Assembly (NCBI GenBank): GCA_907165135.1
Contig: OU015569.1
Coordinates: 7,564,001-7,628,000 of the forward strand
Reading direction: 5' to 3'
Origin: Oikopleura dioica
Lineage: Eukaryota > Animalia > Chordata
DNA length: 64,000 nt
Below the pieces are notes generated by a model. The model saw only the letters and a list, made by a program, of their open reading frames with translations, was not told the DNA's origin and ran no database searches. Below, piece after piece: positions 13,092-25,600 of this stretch (its first letter is position 1; each line of letters begins with the position of its first letter). Both the position numbers and the translations under genes were made by a program.

Positions 13092-15278
13092 ATGACGATA
13101 ATATCCGAAGGTAAAGAGTTTGTGTACTTTTGTACGTATCAATCGTCCTTTATTTGCTCTTTCGATTTATATCATGGGCATTTTCATCAGTTTGCGAGGA
13201 AACAGACAGGTAAAAATAATGCCTTGGTAATTCATGAAGATAAATTCAAAGTCAAATTTTAATAAACAATTAATAGATGGGATCATTTCGCGTTTTCCTA
13301 TTCCATTTTAACATGGCAGACATGCATAATTAAAAAAGGGAAAGCAAATATACTCATCTTTGATTTCAAGTCAGAGCTCTTTTCGCTGCCCAAAGAATTC
13401 CTCCCTTGAAACGTGGAAATGATAAATTTTTCAGAGGCCTCGTAGACGAAGCGCATATTCTTCAGCTTTACGGTGGCTGGGGCCGCCATCTGTACTACCA
13501 TCGACTGTGCAATGAGACGTCGAAGCGTTACTACTACATCGAACCATATGCTTATCTGAATAGCCTTTTCAAATTTCGCCCAGGTAATTAATTTTCTATG
13601 TTTGTTCATAGATGGCGTCTTCATTTTCAATAATCGTTACGCACTTTTTAAAAGCTATTAGTAGTGGGTCATTTCGGATAATGAGATTGTCGGAAAATAA
13701 AACGAGTTGATGCATTATATTTCCTTATTCAGAAACCAACTACCCGATCCTCCAGCGCCCAAATGACTGTCCCTCTATTCCCGTGGGCGAGCTCTTAATT
13801 CTGGTTGGAATAAAAACGATGCCTTCCAAAGTTGCCCTGCGCAACGCCCTGCGCAACACGTGGCTCAACCCTGCCGACTGGGCCGACGCATACAGTTCAA
13901 CTAAAATCCACCTCTATCCAATCTTCCTGCTAGGCGATGACTCTCACGCCACTAATGTTCACGAAGAAGCAGACAAATACGGCGACATCCTGCAGTATCA
14001 ATTTTCAGAGTCTCATTATAACCTCACCGTCAAAGATAACATGTTCTTCGAGTTCTTCCAGACCAGGCACGGACTCAGAGTGAATTAGCGATGTTCTATT
14101 TTTTTTCAAAAATTTCCAATCTATCGTCTAATGCTGAGCTCGCTCTAAGCTGCCCAAACGCGGATTACATATTAAAAGGAGACGATGATATATTGCTCAT
14201 CCCCGAAAATCTCCTCGGACACCTAGACTTGATAAATTCAACTACGCAACTTATCGGCTGCATGCATCGGAACGAAGAGATAAATCGAAATATTAGAAGG
14301 TAGGCATATCCTTACTTTTGTAATTCGAGCATTTCCGCTTAGTAAATACTACATGCCATCGGAACTGGTGCCGATGGATCACTACCCAAATTACTTCTCC
14401 GGAGCTGCTTATTTAATCACGAAACAAGTGGCATCCGAGCTGGCGGCTGCGCGTTTCACTGTTCCCATGCTCCCCCTAGACGACACATGGGTCGGTGTGC
14501 TAATCAATTCCATCAATAGAACAGGAGACATGTACTCATCGGACTCCATCTGTACTGGCGTGCATGTCGTGCCTAAGGGCTCAGGCGGCTGGTCTATGGC
14601 AAACGACTACGATGATCCTTGCTTTCTGGCAGGCCTAACAATTTATCATCGATACCCATCACCAGGTAAATTTCACTTTTTGCTGAAACGATGTGACGAT
14701 TTTCATTAAAAATGAATGATGAATCGGACTCGTGTTTGATCAGTCTAGTCACTAGACTCAAGTGAAAGGCATTTTCTTAGATATTGACTTTTAACAGAAA
14801 TCAGAAATAAGAATAAGCAAGACATTACTTCTTTCATAAAGATTACCTAAAACATCCTAGAACGCTTGAGAAAGGCGTACCAGAACTTGCGCCAGAAAAA
14901 TGTCACTCAGTTGTGTCACGATCGAGCGCAAGAAACGATCGACAATGTAGCGAAAAAGTGGGGTGATGAAGCTCGTGAAATGATGCTTGTTGCTTGGCTC
15001 AAGAATTATGCTCGTTTTTTCGGAGACGACGAGCTCAATTATTTATTATCTAAAAAAAGAAAGTTACCCGTATTATCTCAAGGGAATGCTTTTAATTTAT
15101 GACTACTTTTAAAGCACACTTAGTCGAAAATAATTTACAAGCTCGAAAAGAAGGAAAGGTCAAAGAAGGCAATCCGCACCTAGTGGCACTTCCGCATAAA
15201 AACGACATTCCGCAAGATCCAACGAAAATAGAATCACTTGAAAGAGCGAGGAACCGAAAACCGTTTATTGAATGGTAA
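13092..15278 (+). CDS. GT31 family beta-1,3-glycosyltransferase (B3GNT-like), multi-exon; 5' end approximate
   Basis: LILVGIKT...RNALRNTW, GDILQYQFSESHYNLTVK, CPNADYILKGDDDILL, YPNYFSGAAYL and PLDDTWVG are GT31 motifs; DD rather than ED before xxG is the B3GNT pattern. Further exons at 14866-15061 and about 15115-15278 extend the C-terminus. Confidence 0.88.
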
Positions 15279-16605
15279 CTTTGCCCTGACTTGTATCTTC
15301 CCGCCAAAATGAGCATTCTAATACTCGTTGAAGAAATATCTTTTATACTTTGCAGTGGGCTTGGAAAATTTCGCAGTAGTTTCTTTTTTAATTGATAACG
15401 ATCAAAAACTGAGCTGACTACCATTTTCCTATCACTACTGAATTTATGCGCGCTTATTCCCGAGCAAAAAGCAACTGTACAGTTTGAATACACACTAAAG
15501 ATATCGAATACATCTAAAAACCTCGACAGTCGTTTATTTCAATGATGACAAGTTTACAATTGTTTCTTCCTTGAAAGTTTTCGAGCCATTTCAACTTTGG
15601 CTAGTAATAAAGTCTGATATAGTGATATGAATTTGTCCCTGCGGCCGTCGTGCGCTGTACGACGGCCAATGAGAGCACCCGCTTCATCTACGGTCTTGCA
15701 CCACCTCCACCAAAATACTCCTGACAAAAAACGTGAATCCACATTTGCATTCAAAGAGATTCTGAGAAACGGACTCCAAACGAGCTAGCTTGAGAAAGCC
15801 GGCTCCGGAAGAAATTAGAGAAACTGGCGCAGGGCGACTCTCTTATCCCAGATGCGGATCCAAACGATCAGCTCCTAACGCAGGTGACCCAAGTTTGAGT
15901 TAATTATTGAGCTGCATTTAATACTAATTGTGGGCAGAGAGACTTCCATTTATTGGCATTTTTGCTAATCTATTATCGACCCAGAAGTCTTGTCTGCAAC
16001 GTTAGCTTCTTCTTGAATACTGCTTTGTAAAGGGTATATAAACTCAAAGAGTTCAAAGGTGATTTTCTCGGAAAATCGATAAATCACCCCTTAGAAGGGC
16101 GGTGAAAGTAGGCGCGTGGTTCTGATTCCTTTGGAATGTGACACGTTCATACCTCAGTGACAAAAGGCGAAACCGGAAGATGTGCGCCCGTCATAAACCC
16201 TTTTTTGAAGCGATCCATTTGTAATTAAACTTTTTCGCGCATAGGAGCGCCTGGGACGCCAGCGTTCTAGACACAATCCAACGAGTGCTCAATTTGACAG
16301 ACGAACAGAGAACGGCACATCACAATCGAGATCGTCAAGAAGCAAATCAAGAGGCAGAACTTTGAGAGGGATATAGATATCGGCGAAAATCTCGGAAGAA
16401 GCCAGCGCGACAACTTTCGCAGGGAAACATTTTCTTTCTCTTTGTAGCCTGCCTAAAGCCTCTCCGCGTATTGAATAATTAGTTCTTTTGTTTTGAGGCA
16501 TCCGGTGACTAAGAAAGAGAGTGTTTCGTCGAGCTAGAGATGTATTTTTTCTGAAAGCCAGATCTTTATCCCAGAGAGCAAACCGTTGCTAATCTGAAAC
16601 AAACG

Positions 16606-18868
16606 ATGGAGGTGAAAGCCAAGGCAAAGAGGTCCTTCACTCGGCAAGTGTTCAAAGGTATAAATAACAAGGATAGTAAATTTTTAATATTCTGCATTTC
16701 TGACAAATTAGACCTTTTGAAAAGCTTTTAAAAGAATAAATTTAGTTATTTGTAGCAAAACAGGCAGTGAAAAATGTGGTGACACGAGAAACTCAGCACC
16801 AGAGCCAGCGGGATTTTACAATCGAAGATTGGGGTCGAAAAATTCATCACCAACAAGAAGAAAGCAAAGGAATGATAAATTTATAGTTATTTCAATGGAA
16901 ATCAAATTTTTAGAGTTTCAAAAACAGCTACAGAAATATATTGCTTCGTTGCGGCAACTCGCAAATGAAAGAACAAAATTGATTGACCTTCTTGTTTTGG
17001 GGTATCCGGCAGCATGGGGCAGTAAAGAGAAGATTATTGACTGTCAACGAGCGCAGGAAGATGTCTTTGATGATTGCATTTCCAGTCTCAATATGGACAC
17101 GATGAATAAATTGACTACTTACTCAGGAACGTCTTTACTTGTTTAAAAAAAATAAAGAGTCTTCTTTGGCTCGAGAAGCAAACGATTAAGTAACGATGAT
17201 GAAGCCATGTTTCCAGAGTTAAAAAATCAAATAGCTCGACTTGAACGACGTCGGATTGACCTTGACTCGGCAAAGGACAGCTTCGAAAAAGTGAAGCAGG
17301 CGAAGGCTGTCAATTCAGGAAAGGTGCAGCGTGTCAAGAGCACCATGGACAACGCGCAAGAAAAGTTCGACTCTATGTCTCGCCAACTGCGGGAAGATCT
17401 TCCGCAAGTCTACTCTAGCCGGGCAGGGTTAATAGGATACATCTTTGGGTCTTGGATAAAGCAAGAAATGGAGATGCACTCGCAACTCGACCAGGAAAAC
17501 ATTGTTATTGAAAAACTAATGATACAGCTTCAAAGGAAGGCTTCATAATTGTTGATAAAAAATAATGAAAATTCCAAAAAATTTAAGCCAAAATAGGGAT
17601 CACACAAGTGGAAAACTGCGATCAACTACAGCTGAGTCAAGCCGCCAGTCTAACCGAGGGAATAGTTCTCGAGAAAGTGAGTCCTCTTATGGCTCTGGGT
17701 CAGTGCAATTTCCTCGACACGATAGTACGAAAGATAAAAAATCGCCGCGAAAAAGCTCAATATCAAATTTACCAATTCACATTCCACTACGCGTTCCTGC
17801 ACGGCCGCCATCACCTGATCCTCAAATTGCACAATTATCGGACGTGTGAGTGTAGATAATAATAATTCTATTTAATCGATTGTCTAAGATCATCTGAGTA
17901 TCCAGACCCAACGCCAGCAAATGAAGTTATCCCAAAGACAAAGGAATTATCACACGACTACGTTGACATCGATCAACCGTTAGAAAAGAATGCGAATGAT
18001 CCAGTTGCACCAGAAGACATCAAGAAATTCTCAAAAAGAGAAGCTCCTTCTCCACCACAGCAGAAAGAAAACTGTTTGAGTACAAGCGAAAATAAAGCAA
18101 TAGCAAGGACGGTCTCGGACTCTGTTGTCAGTGAGAGAGCATCATTGGATTTGCTTGTAAAAACTAAATCGTTGGAGATTGCGGGCCCGCCAGTACAAAG
18201 TAATCCACGATTCAAAGAAGCTCCGAACCATGTGAAAATGGCTAGAACTAGCTCTAGGGCAGATGATGAGCAAGGTGGATTACTTGTTTGCCTGAAGTTA
18301 TAATAAGAATTATTAAGGAGGCGGCAGTCAAAACATTCATCCACATTCAAAGCTCCAGAATTTCGACTTTATTGAGGAAGAACCACAAGAACTAATTCTC
18401 AAGACAGAACCAGAACCAAACAAAGCCGTAATTGAAGCGAGAAGTCCAAGTCCTGTAAAGATTGTCAACGCTGCTCAGTCTGGCAGTCCTTCTCACCCAC
18501 CACCAGTTCCCCCTCCGCCGTACAGTAATAGCCAGTCGAGCGTACAGATGCCAGATGTAAGCTGCGATGCTTAGTATCTCCGCTAACTTTTTATTTAGGG
18601 ATATGAACGAACAGTTGTCGCAGTTTACAATTACTCAGCTGCCGATGAAGACGAGTTATGTTTCAATAAAGGCGATTTGATTCTTGTTATCAAACATCCT
18701 CAGCCGGATGAACAGGTATCTTAAAGAAAGCCCTTAAACTCATCCCAACCCAACTTTGAGGACGAAGGCTGGCTCTTAGGTATCCGTAAAAGTGTTTGGG
18801 AGTCGAACTCAGATCTAAAAGCCAGCTGGGGCTTATTTCCAGAAAACTTCACGAAAGCTTTGGACTAA
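16606..18868 (+). CDS. Amphiphysin/BIN1-family N-BAR + SH3 protein
   Basis: BAR exons FLEFQKQLQKYIASLR... and FPELKNQIARLERRRIDLDSAKDSFE...QLREDLPQVYSSRAG. C-terminal amphiphysin-type SH3 YNYSAADEDELCFNKGDLILVIKHPQPDEQ/DEGWLLGIRKSVWE...GLFPENFTKALD* (TAA 18866-18868). AMPH versus BIN1 not distinguished. Confidence 0.92.
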
Positions 18869-19075
18869 GATAATCCACTACACACGATTAAACCTTTCCG
18901 ACTCTCTTACTGATAATTTTAGACAATGAAATAAAAGAAATAATGAAAGCAATGTTTGCAGCGTATACAATTTATTTAAATTATATTTATATTGCCAGTG
19001 GGTAGTAGTAAATAGATATATTTGTATAATATTCAAAATAGCAAATTTACATTATTTATGTACAGAATCAGTGAT

Positions 19076-21265
19076 TTAAAGTAAATCTTTTCCGTGTGAA
19101 AAAGCCTGAATTAATTCTCGCTTCTCCTCGATACTCCATTTTCGTTCTTCTTTTTGCTCTTGAAATTTTAAAAGAAGTTTTTTAAGCTCTTCGATGTATT
19201 GCAGGCGTTTTGTGACAGAATCAGCCGTCCTAAATGTAATTATATGTCGAGATTTGTTAAGAATATTTCTCTTACCCAGTGTCGACGTGAAACTGGAAAC
19301 TCCACTCAAACCAGGTTTGATCGAATCTATCTGAAATCTTCGCTTGAACAGTGTACCAACCAGAGTAAGTTGGGAGAGAGAATTCCCCTGTTTGAAAAGA
19401 GAAGGAGATGGCTTCTTCAGTTTCTTCCGGACGTATTTCAATCGGATATTCGTGCGTTAGCCCGGTCGGATGCCCTTCGAATAAAACAATATCTCGGTAG
19501 ATAAGCGACGTCGTCAGCGGAAGCAGAAACTTGAGTCGTAGACGAGATTTATAAGCTGCATTTGTCACAGAGCTAAATTTTTGACTAACGTGATCTGTCT
19601 TCGTCTTACCTTTCTAGCGGATACACGTTCGACATTTGCCCTTGACATATCTTCATTTTTGTTTGCAAATTATCGGGCACCGTTAACGACCGAGCGCCTT
19701 TTCCGGCGAATCTATATTCGTCCGGAGTCAGGAGAATTGCTTTTTCACGGAGTATCCAGTCTCTTCCATCTTCGAAAATTTGAGCAGAATCGATAAAAGT
19801 TAACTTACCTGCAGCAAGGACACCTCGATCACGCACAATGCCAGCGCAGGACTGACCAGCGTCATTACAAAGAGCTTCCGCACTCGCTTCGTCAAAGTAT
19901 CCAGAACGTGCCTCACCAACTTTCATTTTAAAATTAGGATCAAGATAAGTGTCGTCGAAGGTCTTGTAGGAGCAGTCGCCCCTTGATTGCGTGATCTTCA
20001 GTTTTTTCTTTTTCGATTTCAAGATAAACTTAGAAAGAGCCTGGTTTTAAGATCTTTGAATCTATCCTGGTCGATAACAACTTGAAGTTCGTCGACTTCA
20101 AAACGCCGAATATCCACATATAGCTTCGTAAAAAGCTTGTCGTAGACAACGTGATCCAGCCTGTACTTAGCATTGTTTACTCCATCCCAAGAGGAACGCT
20201 CTCTTTTTGTCAGCATGAGCTTTTCTTTGGTGGTTATTTTGGCGGAAGATCCAAGATAGTACTTTTCGTTTTGGAATCTCCAAGGATGCTCATGGGGAAT
20301 CATCGAAAACCTGGCGTACTCTTCGTTTATGGGCCTTATAGCTTTGATGCCCTTTGCATTGAGACGGAACTCCATGTCGGAGTCCTCACGACCCCAGCCC
20401 CAGAACATGTTTGAGTAGCCGTTTGCTTTCGAGTACTGTTCAGGTCGAATCATTGTTACACCACCCCAATCGGTGCCATAGTGCGAGCGGTAATCGAATT
20501 TGTCGATGAAAGGTGATAGATGCGTTGGTAAATTTTGGCAGAGGTAAATGTTCCGGTCATCCTCTGGAACCATGTCCACGTCGTGAAAAATAAAACAGTC
20601 GAAATGACCGAAGCTGTTCAAGATCTCCAAAAAGCCGGAATTCATGACTAAACCTTTATTGAATCTGCCATCATCAAATTGCTCTACGACAAAGACACAG
20701 TAGTGAATTCCTTGTCGCTGCAGCTGTGGATGCAAGTACGACAGAAGAGTGAAGAGATGTGCTTCGCGATCTTTGTAAGGTATGAGAATCGCAACTTTCT
20801 GCTGCGACTTGCAATGATTGGGTTTGAAGCAACCTCCATGCGCTAGACAAGGCCCTCGCTTCTCTAACGCTTCTTCCCTGCTTGTACTATTTTGTAAGTT
20901 CATACCACTTTTTATTGATCCAATAAGTGACGGAGAGTTATAAACACATTCAGGCAAGTTCGAGGCACTCGGCAAGCTGTCTCAGGATTTTCGCATACTC
21001 AAATTATTTTATATATATTTTGCATTTAAAACCCTTGACAATGATGAGTTTTTGCCCTTTCACTGGCTTTTTCTGTTTTGAGCTCCTTGACGTGAGGAAA
21101 TTCTTCAAAAGATCTTCTTCGTGTCTCTTTAGTGTTATTTGCGCCGCCAAAAATTTGAAAAACAACAAGTAAAATTAGAAGTATCATGAGGATGGGATTC
21201 GCCCATCTTCCTTGAAGAAATCCACACTGTCGCCGTAAAAACCTGAAAATAATAATATTAGACAT
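19076..21265 (-). CDS. GT7 family beta-1,4-galactosyltransferase-like type II membrane protein with about 270-aa C-terminal extension; start approximate
   Basis: TM exon ILMILLILLVVFQIF (21026-21265). Catalytic exon 20019-20975 with KVAILIPYKDRE, FNKG, FHDVD, WGGV, NGYSNMFWGWGREDSD and MIPH. Downstream in-phase exons at 19606-20022, 19272-19568 and about 19076-19230. Confidence 0.9.
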
Positions 21266-22630
21266 ATTTATTTATAATACGTGGTAAAAGCTGGACGATA
21301 AAAATAATCAATCTTCGCAAGAAAAAAATGAATTGCTTTTAATCACATACATTTTATTTCTCTAAGATCGGCAGTAAGAAATGCCTTGTGTATTTCTCTG
21401 TTTAGTTTTGCTAAGACATAATTTGCCAAAAGGAGACACAAATGGCGAAGTTACTTGTTGTCCCTGTGGTCGGCGAAAAAGTCATGCTGAAAGCAGGTGC
21501 AAACCGAGAGAGTAGGTCACGTTTTTGAAACAGATTCTTTCGGTAATTGATTTAACCTGCTGAACGTTCTCTAACCTAAGTTGCTCATTTTTAAAGATAT
21601 TGCTCAAAAATGACTCTCAGTAAAAAAAAACTACCTAAAAATAGTACACCGCATTTTCTCTGTTGCTTTAGGATTGTTTTGTTTTCAGTGTTTTTGAAAA
21701 AAATGTCGGAGCCGGTGAATGTGGTAGCGGCAATTCGTTATGCTACTACTCCTTTTATGCAATTAATCTATGCAACGGACACACCAATAAATGCACCTTA
21801 GAGTTAATCTGTCTTTCAGAAAAAAACCTTAAACTTCTGATTAAAAAAATAAGCAGCCAACAAAGTGAATTTCTCTTACCCGGAAACTCTCATGATATAT
21901 TTTTCTATTTCAGAGACATAAAGTAAAACTCAAGAAAAAGTCTGTTTTTGTTTTTTGTTAGCTACTTTCTAGCCGGACTCCAACTGTCAACTTTGCATAA
22001 AAGTTTGTCAGGCGAAAGATTTCTTCGCCGCTGCGACACATTGCGTGGGAAAAGATAGAAAATTCTTGAGCCCAATTCAAAACTTTACGACCTTCACTGA
22101 GTCTTAATTTTTCATATATTTTTTTCACTCTTACCCGATAAGCATGACTTCCTTAGGTTTTTAGCTCTCTAACATGCACTGGGAAAAGAAAGCAAGGGAC
22201 ATCGATACATGTTACGAGCGGTAATCCTTGTTAAGTCGGTCTTTGTGTCAATCAGATTCGTATAATTTGAAAGATAAGGATGATAATCTAGTAGTGCGTA
22301 AATGGTAACAACGCTGGTAATTGCATCATTTCAATGATAATTTCAGTTGTTTCCAACATGAAAAAAGAAAGGTAGTCTTCAAAACCTGTTGCTCACAGAA
22401 ACAGTTCGACGTATGTTTTACTATGTTGAATCATTCTATTTGCTTCGCGAAATTCGATTGAATGGCCCAGTGCAAATACTATCCTGTTTGTACAGAGTGT
22501 AACGCCGTCGCTGGGCATCCTTCAAAAACGAATTTTTTTATTTCGTTTTTCCTGCCAAAAGTCGCTATCAGAGAAGTGGAAAAGAAAGAACTCGCGGAAG
22601 TGGCCGTCTTGTGAACAGAAAATATCGGCT

Positions 22631-25600
22631 ATGAGAAGGTTCGCCTTCCTGGCGCTCTTAACCGAGGCTGTCCAGATTCAAACAAAATTAGATTACACAG
22701 GCTATGAAAACGACGGAGAAAAGAGAATTTGGGAAGGAAACAATGAGTGGTACAGGTTCAAAGCTTCTATGTACACAGGTCTTCAATTTGTGGACCACAA
22801 GGACAACAACGGTCGCGGAATCGCCGATGGAACGTTTTGGCTCGAACATAAAACAGGGGAATGCGAAGGTCAAGCGTGCATGTTCTACTGGATCCACGCG
22901 AGAAAAAACCTTGACCGAGAAGAACAAGCTCAGTACAAGTTTTATATAAAACTCACCGGCCCGGATGGAACAGTCGAAGAAGCGGACGATATCTTTACGT
23001 ACACAGTCGCAGATGTAAACGATAACGCTCCTTCTATCTCGGAGAGCTCATTCAATCATATTATCCGCGAAGATACCGCGGTAAACCAAGATTTTCCAAC
23101 GGACAGCCCCTTTCCCCACAATGGAATTATTGAGATCATCGATGACGACGACAAGAAATCTGCTTCCAACAAGTTTAAAATTCAAATTGAAAACAAGTCT
23201 AGTCAAATACTTCACAAATGGGATGGCACTGAGCAACAATTTACCGATGGAGAAATTTTTCGGTTTGAAAACGTACGTGGCTCAGACTTTAGGAAGAAAA
23301 TGGTGCTCAATAAAAAGCCCAGCGATATCGAAAACATAAAGTCGATAAGTTTTGATGTGACGATCAGTGATTGCGATGATCTCTCTGGAACAGAGGCACA
23401 GACGGTCTGTAGTGCCAAAGGAAGAGTCATGAAGTCTGATCCTATAACAATCAACGTAAAAGTTAGCGACGTCAATACTGAGATCCCTAACATCTACGTG
23501 GCCGACGACGGTGTGCCGAAGTCGATGGAAGAGAACACACCCCCTGACAGAACAATTTTCAGTGTTTATGCTAAAGACGACGATAGAGATGTCATCAACA
23601 AAGTGACGAAGTTTTCTGTAGTTAGCTGTCTTTCTTCGTCATCGCCTCAAAGCGAATCCGGTTGCCCATACTTTGAAGCAAAGCAAATGGAGCTTTGTAA
23701 TAATGCAAAAGAGTGCGAAGAACAGGCCGACAAAATTGATGTATGTATTGTTTTTCGATGAATTCTGGATGTTCGAATATATATTTATCAAAAAGTAATA
23801 TAATCAATTTCTAGTTGTTCAACAGTGCAGACATTGTCACAACAGGCTTGGCTGTTGACTACGAGTCTCTCCATGAGCATGACGATCACCCCGGCCGAGG
23901 TCTAATGGTTGTCGTAGAAGCTGTTAACCACATTGCGCTGGATGCTCAGAGCTCAAAAAAAGAGATCTGGGTTACGGTCAGAGACATAAACGAGGCCCCA
24001 AAACTACTTTCAAGAAATCCTGGCGATCTGCATGTTCTCGAAAACCTTCAAAATGAGAAAATCAAAGGTCGCCGGAAAGATTTGAAACTTAATTTTATTT
24101 ACTCTTTCAGGCGGTTGCATTGAGAGTGAAGATCCTGAAGAGGACGAAGTTGGATACACAATTATCAAGGGCGACGAGTATTTTACGATTGACGATAAAG
24201 GCTGTTTGCGAACTACTGTAAATGACGAAACTTCCGACTGGATCGACCGAGAAGCACATGCCCTGCATGAAACAACATCTACGGGCGACAAATTTATCAA
24301 ACTTTCTATTCAAGCTTACGAAAAAAGGTGAGCCCAATTCAGCTAAAGAAAATCCACCCTTTGCACTTCAGAAATGATGGCAAAACTGCCCTGACATCTG
24401 AGGTCAAGGAGTACGATATTCTTATCGATGATGTAAACGACAATGGCCCCGAACTTCCAAGCGTTCTTCGGACATGCAGAACCCTGAAGAAAGAGAACAA
24501 TTATCACATGGTTGATCTTGGCGAAAGCGATCAAGGTATTTTAAGGATATAGCCGTTCTCAAGGCACTTTCGTAGCGCCGAAATGGGGCGATAAAATTTT
24601 TTCATTTCAAGACAGGTCCTACCTAAAATTATGTCTAGAATTCGATTCTGATGTTTTTGAAATTTTTTTTCAAAGAAAATTTCTCTCTGGAGCGATTTGA
24701 AATCTTACGATCACTTTTTCTCGAAATTTTTCAATTAAATCGCTAAAGCTAAACCGTGTTTTATTATAAATAACTGCTAATCTATCTTCCTAGGGCCTCA
24801 AAATTTCAAAACCCGAGGAAATTTTCATTCTAGCGTCTTCTTCTTTTTGGCTTTTCTTTTTCATCTATGCTGCGTTCAGGGCGCTCGACCAATCAGCGCG
24901 CTCTTTCACATGCGCGCCTCACCGCGCGATGGAGGAGGGCGCCCAGCGCAGCAAACCAGAGCGCTGTCTGACGCTTCGGCTTACTCAAGTAAGCCTCATA
25001 AAAATGGCTCTAGAACCATAAATAATTTGAATCTATTAAACTTTAAGCCCTAGGAATGTAGAGAAAGGTCCAAATTTTTAATTTATCAAAAAAACTCGAC
25101 CGATTTAATGGAAAATTCTCGAGAAAAAGTGATCGCAAGATTTAAAATTGCTCTAGAGAGAAATTTTTCCATTAAAAAATTAAAAAGAACACTAGAATCG
25201 GGTTTCTTAGGCAATTTTAGGTAGGGTTCCTTTTGAAATGAAAAAATTTTATCATCCCCTTTTGGCGCTACGAAAGTGCCTTGAGAACGGCTATATCCTT
25301 AAAGTAAGTGATTGGTAAATATTCATATATATGTAGACAACTGCCACGCGCCACACCTCAATTGCGGTCCGTATACTTTTCAAAAACAAGTTCTTGACCA
25401 ATCCGGAAACTCTCATCCAAAGTTGGAGCAACTAGAGATCGTGAACACCAATGGAAGATGGGCAATTCATTTTGTTGCGGAGTTTGCTGAAGGTGAAGAT
25501 ACTTACATTATTGAGGGTGACGGTGACACTGGACACAAAATCCAGATCATTGGATCTGATGGAGATAAAAAGACGACAGTCGTCAATAACGTTCAACTTA

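Noticed and set aside
15300-16050. Gene from ORFs 15092-15493 and 15554-15754 (-)
   Set aside because: The first is largely the antisense of the GT31 last exon, and the rest has stops in all frames with no recognisable motif.
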